NCBI GenBank assembly: GCA_028826165.1
Contig: JAPDFW010000136.1
Span: 558,001-622,000 of the forward strand
Source of the DNA: Anaeramoeba ignava BMAN
Taxonomy: Eukaryota; Protista; Anaeramoebae
Direction of reading: 5' to 3'
Length of the DNA: 64,000 nt
The translations under genes were made by a program, and so were the position numbers. This document shows positions 39,155 through 52,341 of the stretch, one piece after another. Under the pieces are notes generated by a model. That model worked only from the letters and a program-made list of their open reading frames with translations, had not been told where the DNA came from and did not search any database. Each line of letters opens with the position of its first letter. The stretch's first letter is position 1.

Positions 39155-41795
39155 TTAATTTAAATTTCCTTTTTTGTTGTCTTTGTTTTTGTTGTCTTTG
39201 TTTTTGTTGTCTTTGTTTTTGTTTTTGTTTTTGTTGTCTTTGTTTTTGTTGTTGTTGTTGTTGTTTTTGTTTTTGTTTTTGTTTGTTGTTGTTTTTTTTG
39301 GTGTTGTTTTTTTTGATGTTGTTTTTGTTTTTGATGTTGTTTTTTTCTTTTCTGGATCTGAATTATCATTTGAATCGTTTTGGGAAAAATGAGTCTCTGT
39401 TTTTTGTTGACTCAAAAAATTGATTTGTGAGATTGATTTGAGAATATTTCTTGCATTTAATAATTTCGAGTTCATTTCAAGCAATTCTTGATGAATTTTA
39501 AGAGTTTTTTTGTCTTCTTTGAGCAAATTCTTGAGTTTCTTACTATTTTCATCGATATTTTTGTGCAAAATTGAGAAAAGATCATCAAAAGGGGAAAGGA
39601 TTATAAATTGGATCGCTGATTTTGAAACTGTGTCTGAGATTTTTTTGCGGATAATTTGGAAGTATTGATTTGTGAGATTTCTGAGGGTTTGAACCTGATT
39701 TTTTGGCTTTTCATCTTTTTGTGGTTTTGATTGAAACTTTTTCATTTGGGGATGTTCAATGAAAATATAAGCCATTTCAATATCGATCATTTTTTCGACA
39801 AAATCCTTGCATTCCTGGATTTTTTCACCGAAGAACTTTGTGCATATCTTGACGATAAAATCATTAAAAGGGGGATATCTTTTTATGCGATAGAAATTGT
39901 GATTTGTGATTATTTCAACGACATGATTATAAATTTGATCGATGCAACATTCGCTTGGTTTTTTGAGTTCCTTGATGCACTCGCGTGCGAGCTGTTCGAA
40001 AGCGGCCTGAGGCACAAACAAAGATGGGGCTATTTGCAAGGTGTTGTTTATTATTGTCTGGATCTGTTTGTCTGTGTATTTCTCGATTGGGTTCAGTTTA
40101 TTGACTTCTTTCTGGAATTTTTCAATCTCCACTCGTAAAATTGATCCGCCAGTGAGATTGTTCATTGAGAGTGTCTCACGAGAACCCCAGATGATATCAT
40201 GGAGATAGAGCGAGAATTTCTCTGCCAAATTTAGGGCCAGATATGATCGGGACATTGAGTTTTCAACAATATTGTCGAGCCCGAGTTTTTTGAGTTTTTC
40301 GTCGTTTTCTTTAAGAATAGTTACAATTTTAATTCTGAGTTTTGGGAGATATTCCTTTATGTGTTGGAAAAGAAGTTCCGAAAGACGGAAGGAAAGATGG
40401 CGCACCCCGCATTTATCTGCGATGACTTTGTAGTCTTTGTGTTCGCTGAAGTATGTTTCTTCTTCTTCTAGTGCTTGAGAAATTGGGATATTTTTTTTGA
40501 TTTGTTCTTGCGATCGATTTTTGACTGGGATGTAGCCGAGGTCCAAGTGAATGAGGTCTCCCGATATGATATTCATTGCGTTTTGGCCTTTGTCCATGAT
40601 ATCCAGTTTTGTAAGAACTCCGATTGTGCGTTTTCTTTGTGGGTCTACTTGTCGTGCTATTTTCATTGCGTGGCTTCGAGCAAAATCTTCGTTTACTGCT
40701 GAAACTGCGAGAATTAAAGTGTTTTCTTTTTCCACATATTTTTTGACTAAATTTTCAATATCCATGACTATTGATTCTGGTTGGTTTCCGACGGGGACTT
40801 CTATTAAACCTGGGAGATCTACGAGTGTTAAGTTTACTGTATTTTGCATGAAGAACTGAATATATAATTTATAATTTGAATTTATAAATGAATTTATAAA
40901 TGAATTTTGATTTAGATTTAGATTTAGATTTATATTTATATTTAGATTTATATTTATATTTAGATTTATATTTATATTTATAATTATATTTATATTTATA
41001 TTTATAATTATATTTATATTTATATTTATATTAATATTTATATTTATATTAATATTTATATTTATATTTATATTTAGATTTATATTTATATTTATATTTA
41101 TATTTATATTTATATTTATAATTATATTTATATTTATAATTATATTTATATTTATAATTATATTTATATTTATATTTATATTTATATTGATATTTATATT
41201 TATATTTATATTTATATTTATAATTATATTTATATTTATATTTATATTTAGATTTAGATTTATATTTATATTTATATTTATAATTATATTTATATTTATA
41301 TTTATATTTATATTTATATTTATATTTATAATTATATTTAGATTTATATTTATATTTATATTTATATTTATATTTATATTTAGATTTAGATTTATATTTA
41401 GATTTAGATTTTACATGAAGTTCAAGTGGCAAATCAGAAACCATTCCTGGTTCAGCAACTCTATTTGTTGCTTCTTCAATTTCTTTTTTAACTTCTTCAA
41501 AATCAATAAAAATTTTATCCGAATGAGCAAATACAGCCCATTCCTTTACTTCTTTTTCATAAAAAAGAGGGCAATTTACTGCAACTTTCTGAAGATGTAT
41601 TGATAAAGGTCTTCTTGTAACCATATTTATTCCTCGAGGAAGAAAATCTCGACCAACAATACTTTCAAGAACTGATGATTTACCAGAACTTTGTCCTCCA
41701 ACTACAACAATTTTAGGAAAATCAATATTTTCATCATTTAAAAAATCAAAATGAATTTTTTGTGTAATTGAAATTAAATCTTGAAATGGATCCAT
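39155..41795 (-). CDS. Dynamin-related GTPase (DRP/Vps1-like, no PH domain) with K/T/N low-complexity tail
   Basis: G1 [27 protein letters not shown]2 VTRRP, G3 LTLVDLPG, G4 TKLD; middle-domain [11 protein letters not shown]; GED-like end. Exons 41795-41415 and 40855-39155. Confidence 0.93.
40856..41414 (-). repeat. Dynamin intron filled with (AAATAT/AAATCT/AATTAT)n
   Basis: GTAAAA...TTCAG, phase 0; source of the spurious KYKYKY translation. Confidence 0.9.
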
Positions 41796-42213
41796 TGAAC
41801 CAAAAAATGAAATGAAAAATGAAATTTAAAAAAGGAAAAAATTTAAAAAAGGAAAAAATTTGTTTAATTAAATTCAACAAATTTTTTATTCAAATTTGTT
41901 GAAAAAATAAAGAACATAAACTATGCAGTTCGAAACAAAAATATTATTATTATTTTTTTTGTTATTAATAAAATTAAAAATAAGAACTTCCAAACTTGCA
42001 ATTAAAAAGAAAAAAGCACAAACACTTGAAATAAATGTATCAATTTTTTTGATAATAATAATAATGTTAATGTTGTTTAACTTGATTTTCTTTCATAATT
42101 CTATTTAAGAAAGTTTTTATTTCTAAATTCCAAAAAAGGAAAAAAAATTATTTAAATAAATAAAAGGAAAAATTTTGATCAATTTCTTTTCTTTTGTTTT
42201 GTTTTGTTTTGTT

Positions 42214-45200
42214 TTACTTTTTTGATTTTTCTTTAGTTGGTGAAGTGTGTGTATTTGTAGTTGGTATTTCTTGATTTGTCTGGATTTCTTGTAATAAATT
42301 TTTTTTTGTCCGATTTTGGATGAAATATATTGGTTTTCGAATTTTTTGTTTTGTATTTGAATTTAATTGTGTTTTTGACTTATGAATAAAAGGATGTTGA
42401 TCTCCAATCGATAGAAAATGACTTTTTTTTTTTGGAAATAGATTAGAAGGGAAATTCAAAATGAATTATTTTTTCACTTACTTTTTAGAAATATCTTTTG
42501 AATCTTGTTCTTTCTTTTTTGATTTAGATTTTGATTTTGATTTTGATTTTGATTTTGATTTTGATTTTGATTTTGAGTTTGATTTGAATTTATATTTTCA
42601 TTTGATGAATGACTTTTTTGACCAATATTTTCTAAAGAGTTTGTTCGTTGTTTTGAAACTACTCTAATTGGTTCTGGTTTAGATTTTTCCACTTCTTTTT
42701 GGATATCATTATATTCAGTTTTAAAATTTCTAACATTAACATTTTTTTTGGATAAAATATTTTGATCGAAATTATTTTCTTGTTGTTTCTTTGGACTATT
42801 TTCTTCGTTTAAAATATCTGGAGTATTTGTGCTATTTGAACTTTTTTCCATCATCTCTTGCTATAAATTGTTTTGAATATTTTATTGATTATTTTGAATA
42901 TTTTATTGATTAAATTAGAAAGAAAATTAATTATCTACTTCAAGAATAATCCAATCATATTTATAATCATAAACAAAACCTTCTCGAATAAATAAATCAC
43001 GAAATAATTTACGCAAATAACTATAATCTGGTTTTTCATCAAAATGCAAGTTTCGACAATATTCAAGATATGTTGCAAATTCAGCTAAAAAAATATTTCC
43101 ATTTTAAATTTAAATTTTAATTTTAATTTTAATTTTAATTTTAATTTTAATTTTAATTTTGATTTTTAATTTGAATTTTAATTTAATTTTAATTTTAATT
43201 TTAATTTTAAATTTGATTTTGATTTTGAATTTTAATTTTAATTTTAATTTTAATTTTAATTTTAATTTTAATTTTAATTTTAATTTTAATTTTAATTTTA
43301 ATTTTGAATTTTAATTTTAATTTTAATTTTAATTTAATTTTAATTTTGAATTTTAATTTTAATTTTAATTTTAATTTTAATTTTAATTTTGATTTTGATT
43401 TTAATTTTAATTTTGATTTTAATTTGAATTTGAATTTGAATTTGAATTTTAATTTTTGATTTTTACATGGAAAACCTTTGCATAATTCTGAAATTGGAGT
43501 TGAAAGTTTCATCTCAGAAATTCGATCGTATTTTTGTTTAATATCTTTAGCTTGTAATCCTTGCCAAGGAAGACTTCCTCTACAAAAATATACTAACAAA
43601 AAACCAATACTTTCAAGATCATCTCTTCGACTTTGTTCTTTTAATTTTAAATGATTAAATAAATTGTTTTGTTGAAATGAATTATTATTTGAACAAATTG
43701 AAATCAAATACCAATTCCTAAATGTGTATTTAAAGATACAAATCTTGCTGTTCCAATTAAATGCCTATCATTTCTATATTTAATATGTTCAAGATTAATA
43801 GGATCTCGATATTTCTTTGATAATCCAAAGTCCACAATATAAATTGTACTTTTTTTATTTCCTCTTCCAATTAAAAAATTATCTGGTTTGATATCTCGAT
43901 GTATATAATGTTTTAAATGAACATATTCAATACGATAAAGCTTTAAAAGAAATGCACAAATAACCCGATTTTATAAAAATAAATTGTTATATAAATTATT
44001 ATATAAATTATTTTATAAATTATTATATAAATTATTTTATAAATTATTATATAAATTATTTTATAAATTATTATATAAATTATTTTATAAATTATTATAT
44101 AAATTATTTTATAAATTATTATATAAATTATTTTATAAATTATTATATAAATTATTTTATAAATTATATAAATTATTATATAAATTATTTTATAAATTAT
44201 TTTATAAATTATTTTTATAAATTATTATATAAATTATTTTATAAATTATTTTATAAATTATTATATAAATTATTTTATTATAAATTATTATATAAATTAT
44301 TATATAAATTATTATATAAGTTATTATATAAATTATTTTATAAATTATTATATAAATTATTATATAAATTATTATATAAATTATTAAATAAATTATTATA
44401 TAAATTATTATAGAAATTATTATAGAAATTATTTTATAAATTATTATATAAATTATTATATAAATTATTATATAAATTATTATATAAATTATTTTATAAA
44501 TTATTATATAAATTATTATATAAATTATTATATAAATTATTTAATAAATTATTTTATAAATTATTATATAAATTATTTAATAAATTATTTTATAAATTAT
44601 TATATAAATTATTTAATAAATTATTTTATAAATTATTATATAAATTATTTAATAAATTATTTTATAAATTATTATATAAATTATTATATAAATTATTAAA
44701 TAAATTATTATATAAATTATTATATAAATTATTATATAAATTATTATATAAAATTATATAAAATTATTATATAAATTATTTTATAAATTATTATATAAAT
44801 TATTTTATAAATTATTATATAAATTATTTTATAAATTATTATATAAATTATTTTATAAATTGTTTTATAAATTATTATATAAATTATTTTATTTTATAAA
44901 ATTATTAAATTATATAAAATTCCCGTATAAATTATTATATAAATTATTATATAAATTATTATATAAATTATTTTATAAATTATTTTATAAATTATTTTAT
45001 AAATTATTTTATAAATTATTTAATAAATTATTATATAAATTATTTTATAAAATTATTATTATAAAATTATTTTATAAATTATTTAATAAATTATTTAATA
45101 AATTATTTAATAAATTATTTTATAAATTAATTATAAATTATTTTATAAATTATTTAATAAATTATTTTATAAATTATTTTATAAATTATTTTATAAATTA

Positions 45201-46526
45201 TTTTATAAATTATTTTATAAATTATTTTATAAATTATTTTATAAATTATTTTATAAATTATTTTATAAATTATTATATAAATTATTTAATAAATTATTTT
45301 ATAAATTATTATATAAATTATTTAATAAATTATTTAATAAATTATTTTATAAATTATTTAATAAATTATTATATAAATTATTATATAAATTATTTTATAA
45401 ATTATTATATAAATTATTATATAAATTATTATATAAATTATTATATAAATTATTATATAAATTATTATATAAATTATTATATAAATTATTATATAAGATT
45501 ATTTATATAAATTGTTTAATAAATTATTTAATAAATTATTTTATAAATTATTTAATAAATTATTTAATAAATTATTTTATAAATTATTATATAAATTATT
45601 TAAATAAATTATTAAATTAATTATTTTATAAATTTATTAATTATTAAATAAATTATTAAATAAATTATTATATAAATTATTTAATAAATTATTATATAAA
45701 TTATTATATAAATTATTATATAAATTATTTTATAAATTATTTTATAAATTATTATATAAATTATTTTATAAATTGTTTTAATAAATTATTTTATAAATTA
45801 TTTTATAAATTATTTTATAAATTATTATATAAATTATTAAATAAATTATTATATAAATTATTATATAAATTATTTTATAAATTATTATATAAATTATTAT
45901 ATAAATTATGTTTTATAAAGGCTTTCATATTTTTCTTGATAAAATGCTTCATTAATTTTCTTATAACTTTTGAAATTCTTTCTTGAATCTCTTTGTTAAA
46001 CTCCAAATTAAATATTCATAAAATTCTCCATCAGAATAAAAAAAGCAATTTTAAAAAAAAAATTTTTTATTGAATAAAAATGATACCAATTCATCAGCAA
46101 TCATAAGAATAGTTTTCAAGGAAAATTTTCTTGAACAAAAATTAAACAATTCTTCAAGATTTTGACCTAATAAATCCATTACCATTACTCGAAAATCTGC
46201 TTCTTGTCCAAACCATCTTACTTTCGGAATTCCAACGCTTCCAGATAAAGCACGATAAACTCTGTTCTCATAAAAAAGTTGTGGATGTGTTATTCCAATT
46301 CTTTCCTAAAAATGATATTTTTTTTTCAATTCAAAATTTTTAATTAATTTTAATTTGATTTTTTTATTTGAAAAGTGTTGTTTGTTTTTTAATCATTTTT
46401 TCTTTTTACAAGTTTTATTGCTACTTTTTCTTTATCTTTAACATTAATTGCTTTGTAAATTTTTCCAAAAGAACCTGAACCAATTTTATGGCGAAGTTGA
46501 TATTTATTTTTAACCATTAAAGCCAT
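42214..46526 (-). CDS. CK1: Casein kinase 1 family kinase
   Basis: [98 protein letters not shown]. Exons 46526-46410, 46305-46087, 43940-43712, 43637-43467, 43084-42939, 42860-42482 and probably 42421-42214. The last join needs one extra A near 42515, so the 3' end is less certain. Confidence 0.92.
43085..43466 (-). repeat. CK1 intron with (TTAAAA/TCAAAA)n
   Basis: GT-AG intron; hexamer array. Confidence 0.88.
43975..45915. repeat. 12-bp tandem repeat (ATAAATTATTWT)n inside the 2.1-kb CK1 intron 43941-46086
   Basis: Directly visible; source of spurious YKLL/INYF ORFs. Confidence 0.92.
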
Positions 46527-46832
46527 TTTTTTTTGTGTTTTATTTTTTAACAATAAAAAAAAAGAAGAAGAAAAAGAAAAAGAAGAAAAAGAAAAAATGA
46601 TTTTTATTATTTTCAAAAAATTAAAAAATTAAAAATAAAAAATTAAAAATACATTTCACCACATTTAATTTTAATCTTGATTTTTTAATTTTATTTTATT
46701 TTTCTGTTTCGGATTAAAAATTGAATTAGAAATTGATTAAGAAAAAAAATTGATCAATATTTTTGTTCTTCTTTTCTTTTTTATTTTTTAAAATTTAAAA
46801 TTAAAAAATTAAAAATTTAAAAATTAAAAAAT

Positions 46833-49800
46833 TTAAATTCCCGTAATTTTCCATTGAAGTACAGATTTATCAGTTCCTCCAATAGAAATAATGTGTGAAT
46901 CCAAAAGAAATTTTGTAGATACAACTTGAGAACTGTGACCAGAAAATTCTTGGATTTGATTAAATTGAGAAGAAATTGTAGTAAGTTTAAATTTGTTTGA
47001 TTGATCACAATAAACAACCAAATCTTTGTTTTTGGCAAATAATCCTTGTTCAAATTGTAATGAACTCTTGATTTTTTCTGCAATTTCACATGTTTTAGTT
47101 GACCAGTCATTATTTCTAATTGTGATTTCCAGTTTTTCTGGTTGAGGTTCTTGATTTTTGTGAATATCCCAATATAAAAGTTTATCTTCTTGATAAAAAA
47201 TTCGAATACATTTTGAATCTTTTGAGAAATCTACTCCGTTAATAAATGAATTTTCTAAATTTATGAAAAAAAAGGAGATTTATCAATTTAATTAATTTCC
47301 ATAATATTTTATAAATTAATTATTTTGTAAATTAAATATTTTGTAAATTAAATATTTTATAAATTAAATATTTTATAAATTAAATATTTTATAAATTAAA
47401 TATTTTGTAAATTAATATTTTATAAATTAAATATTTTATAAATTAAATATTTTATAAATTAAATATTTTATAAATTAAATATTTTATAAATTAAATATTT
47501 TATAAATTAAATATTTTATAAATTAATTATTTTATAAATTAAATATTTTATAAATTAAATATTTTATAAATAATAAATATTTTATAATAAATATTTTATA
47601 AATTAATTTACCTTTTTTGGGAACTGAAATTGAACAAACTCTTCTGAATCCAGTTTTAAAATCATAAATATCAACAAAAGGATCTTCAAAAGAAAGAGCA
47701 AGATAACGATTATTATTAGAAAAAGTTATCCCAATAATTTTTGAAGTTCTATCTTTACGATTTCCAATTAAATGAAATTTTTGTGATTCGTAAACAATAA
47801 TTTGACCATCTCTAAAACCAACAGCAATCAATTCTCCATTTAATGAATAAGCCAAACATCTTGCTTGTCCATTGATACTTTTTTTAGCAATTATTTTTCT
47901 TTTTTCTGCATCCCAACTTTGGATTGTTCTATCATCACAAGCAACAATAAATTGGAATTTAGTTGGATGAGTTGCGAGTCCCCAAACTTCATCAGAAATA
48001 TTCTTTTTAAATAAAAAAAAAGGAATATTTATTTTTGAATATTTATATTTATATTGAAATATTTATATTTATTTTTGAAATATTTATATTTATATTGAAA
48101 TATTTATATTTATATTGAAATATTTATTTTTGAAATATTTATATTTATTTTTGAAATATTTATATTTATTTTTGAAATATTTATATTTATTTTTGAAATA
48201 TTTATATTTATTTTGAAATATTTATATTTATTTTGAAATATTTATATTTATTTTGAAATATTTATATTTATTTTTGAAATATTTATATTTATTTTTGAAT
48301 ATTTATATTTATTTTTGAAATATTTTATATTTATATTGAAATATTTTATATTTATATTGAAATATTTATATTTATATTGAAATATTTATTTTTGAAATAT
48401 TTATATTTATTTTGAAATATTTATATTTATTTTTGAAATATTTATATTTATATTGAAATATTTATATTTATTTTTGAAATATTTATATTTATTTTTGAAA
48501 TATTTATATTTATTTTTGAAATATTTATATTGAAATATTTATTTTTGAAATATTTATATTGAAATATTTATTTTTGAAATATTTATATTGAAATATTTAT
48601 TTTTGAAATATTTATATTGAAATATTTATTTTTGAAATATTTATATTGAAATATTTATATTGAAATATTTATTTTTGAAATATTTATATTGAAATATTTA
48701 TTTTTGAAATATTTATATTGAAATATTTATATTTATATTGAAATATTTATATTTGTTTTGAAATATTTATTTTTGAAATATTTTTATTTAATTACGGAAA
48801 TTATAAGAGATGTTGAACTTGTTGCTGCAACTACTTCCCATATTTGATTTTTAGAATTTCCTAATATAACTTTCCCAACATAATAATCAACAGAACGTAA
48901 AGGTTCACCAGATAATGAAGTAATTATTTTCAATCTATCATGAGTTTCTGAACTCCAAATAACAACTTTTCCATCTTTACCTCCTGTTAAAAAAATATTG
49001 TCTTCAGTATTATGAATTGTGAAACAGGGACCCTAAGAAATGAGAATAATTGTGAAAAAAATATACAAAGAGATGAATAATATAATTTATGAATAATTTA
49101 ATTTATAATTTATAATTTTTTACTATATGAGCTCTAATAGAAGAAATAATTGTTCCCTTTTCAAAATCCCAAGTTATAATTTCTCCATCAGATGATCCAG
49201 TCAAAATAGCACCTTGTTGAGTTATTGCTAAAGCAAGTAAGGTTTTCTTTCCTTTTTTATCAAATTCACCTTCTTGAGGAATAAGAGTATTATCTTTAAG
49301 AGTCCAAAACCTAATATTATGAATTCCACAAGTAACAATTTTATTGGTTTCTCTTGTAAATTCAACACAAAGAACCTTTTTAATTTACAAAAAAAAAAAA
49401 AAACAATTCAAATGTATTAAAAATCAAATGAATAAAAAGATATGTTCAAGAATAATAAAAGAAATTCACTTTTCTGGAATCATGAGTTTGTGAAGCGATT
49501 AATTTTCCTCCAGAAATCCAATCCCAAACACATAATGTATAGTTATCATCTCCTCCAACTGTTGTTAAAAGTGATCCTTCATCACTTGAAAAACTCAATC
49601 CAATTATTCCCCCGTCATGTGGTGCTGAAAAAGTCGAAAGTGGTTCTGGTGAATCACAATTCCATACACAAATTAATGGTTTATCACCGTTTTGTGCTGT
49701 TGCAAATATTTGTTTGTTAGGATGAACTGCATTACTACAAGTTGTTTTTATTTTAAAATTTTAAATTTGAATTTTAATTTTAATTTTAATTTTAATTTTG

Positions 49801-51229
49801 ATTTTAATTTTAATTACCAAACAATATCTTCAGTATGATGAAAAAAAAATCGTTGAGTTTGAGACAATCTATTATAAATAATTCCAATAGCACCAGAAAA
49901 ATAAAGAATTTCTCCTTTGTTAATAAAATGAAGATTATTTCTTCCTTCATTTCCTTTAAATCCATAAACAAATTCTAACTCAAGATTTGCAATATTATTT
50001 GTATTTTGATTTTGATTTTGATTTTGATTTTGATTTTGATTCGCATTCTGATTTTGATTTTGATTTAAATTTAAATTTAAATTTGGATTTTTGTTTCGAA
50101 AACTACTCCTAAAACTCTTTCGTTCTTCAACTCGATTTTCTACAATTTTCTTTTGATTTTCTTCTTTTCGGAGTTGAATATTATTTTCAAATTCATTTTC
50201 AATTTGATTTTTTTTCTTCTTCTTCTATAATTTCTGTTGTTGATTGTGATTTTAATAATTCAAGAATTACTTCCTATTTATTTGTAAAAATAAAAAAAAT
50301 AAATCATTTCATCGAATAAAATTTAGATTCAAATGAATATGGATTTATTCTTGTTTTTTTGATGATATCTTACTTCATTATTTTTAAGAGATTCTAAAGT
50401 TGAATAAATTAATAAAACAGTAATTTCTCCACTTTTCGCTTTCTTTAAATATTTAAAAATTATTTAAAAGAAGAAAATTAATAATAAAAAATCAAAGTGA
50501 TTAATTTTTTTTTAGTTTAATATTTAAATTGATTTTTGCTTTTTTTGCTTTTTTTTTACTTTAAGTCTATGTGTTTGTTCTTCTGGAACAGCTTCTTCGA
50601 GTGATTCTATTGGTATTTCTATGAAACCAACAGATTCATCACTTTAATCAATTTTAATTTTGTTTTGTTTTGTTTTGTTTTGTTTTGAAAAAAAGCAATT
50701 AGTCAATTTATTTCAAGTTTATCATTAATTTTCTTCTTTTTTTTTTGTAAATTCAAAAAGAAAAAAAAGAGAATAAATGTTTATAAAAATACTTTTGGAA
50801 ATCTTTAAGAAGAAAACATTCAATACGAAGTTTTAAGCCATTTTGTTTTGATAAAAAAAATTTAAAAACCTAAAAGAAAAAAATAAAAGCAAATTTTTTT
50901 GATAAATTTAAAATTTGAATTTTGAATTTTTTACTTCATCGAATTTTGGTTGATTTGATCTAAAAGTTGGTGTTGTTTGAAATTTTTGTTTTTCTAATTC
51001 AGCAATACAATAATAATTCCGATGATCTTATTTTAAAATAAAAATAGCAAAAAGAGTTTTTTTTTTATTTTTTATATTATTTTAACAAAAATAAGGAAAT
51101 TTGAAGTGTTAAAATAAATCTCTTACTATTTTCTCCTATCTTTAAATTATTTCCTTTAATAATTTTTACAAAAAGATATTGTGTGCTAATATTGTTAATG
51201 TTATTATTTTGCTTTTTTAAGAATTGCAT
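46833..51229 (-). CDS. C2 domain + EMAP/EML-like HELP-WD40 (TAPE) protein, many small exons
   Basis: ATG 51229. C2-like exons YLFVKIIKGNNL / YYCIAELEKQKFQTTPTFRSNQPKFDE / VFKF..LKLRIECF / DESVGFIEIPIESL / GEITVLLIY. HELP motif LELEFVYGFKGNEGRNNLHF (~49930-49990). WD repeats EVWGLATHP, LTGGKDGKVVIW. EML-type terminus FSGHSSQVVSTKF...ISIGGTDKSVLQW. Not every exon boundary was resolved. Confidence 0.85.
47300..47610. repeat. Intronic 17-bp repeat (ATAAATTAAATATTTT-type)
   Basis: Tandem array within an intron of the C2-EML gene. Confidence 0.85.
48025..48790. repeat. Intronic repeat built from GAAATATTTATATTTATTTTT/GAAATATTTATATT units
   Basis: Tandem array within an intron of the C2-EML gene. 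Confidence 0.85.
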
Positions 51230-51381
51230 TTCAATAATAAAAAATGAAAAAAAAAAATGAAAAAAAAATTATCTTTATTTTCTTTTTTATTCAAAAAAAA
51301 AAATTTCATTTGAATTAAAAATGTGGATTGGATTTTAAAAAAGAAAATGTAAAGAAATTTAATTTGAAATAAATTGTGAAT

Positions 51382-52215
51382 TTAATAAAATTGTGTATTA
51401 GACATTGCAGCCATGAAGAAAACTATCATGCAACAAGCCAAACAACAAATTAAACCATATAAAGAAATTATTGCGATTGAGTCACCAAGAGCTACTTTAT
51501 ATAAATTTCCACAAGTATCTTTCTATTTTCATTTAAGAGAAGAAAAGAATTTAAAATTGATATTTAAATTGATATTTAAATTTATATTTATATTTATATT
51601 GATATTGATATTGATATTGATATTTATATTTATATTGATATTGATATTGATATTGATATTGATATTTATATTTATATTGATATTGATATTGATATTGATA
51701 TTGATATTGATATTGATATTGATATTAATATTTAAATTTGGATTTAGATTTGGATTTAGATTTAATTAGAAATATTTTTGCATACAACTCCAGAACTTGT
51801 TGCCCAAACTATTCCAACAATAGACCAAGCAAATAAAAATAAAGTCAAAAGAAGATTAACTGTTTGAACAATACCCATAGAACCCTCTTTCAAAAAAGGA
51901 GCAAAAACACCAATAAGACTATTAACAGCAAAAGCAATATTGCAAACAAGAATCCAACTCCATAAATTTTTTGAACAACTGATATTTTTATCTTGTGCTG
52001 CAACAACTACTGAGGGAACAACAAAACCAGAAACCATGATAATAGAACAGCATAAAGAAATAGCTAAAGATATAGCTTTTTCTTGTAATCTTTTTTTTAT
52101 TTTATTTTTATTATTTTTTTATTTGATTTTTTTTTAATTTGGGAATTTATTATCATCAAAATTATTATTGATTATGTTACTCTGGACTACCTCTTCTCCG
52201 ATAAATGAATTGCAT
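51382..52215 (-). CDS. Small 4-TM Cys-containing membrane protein, paralog A
   Basis: Exons 52215-52181, 52089-51786, 51522-51382 (GT-AG, in frame): MQFIYRRRGSPELQEK...CSKNLWSWILVCN...WSIVGIVWATSSGV|KDTCGNLYKVALGDSIA. Clear homolog at 61253-61901. Confidence 0.8.
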
Positions 52216-52341
52216 TTCTTTTTTTTTAAATCGATTAAAATTAAAATTGGGAAAAAAAAATGAAAAAAAAAATTTCGTTTTAATTTTTATTTTTATTACA
52301 ATTAAAATCAAAATCATTTTTTCATTTTTTTCTTTTCAAAA

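Noticed and set aside
39155-41795. Inteins or self-splicing inserts in dynamin or other genes of the window
   Set aside because: No C/S...HN-C/S/T Hint boundaries or LAGLIDADG motifs seen; inserts are low-complexity tracts or spliceosomal introns.
41049-45510. ORFs with KYKYKY, IFIFIF, KIKIKI, YKLL or INYF translations
   Set aside because: Translations of intronic microsatellites; splicing restores the dynamin and CK1 frames.
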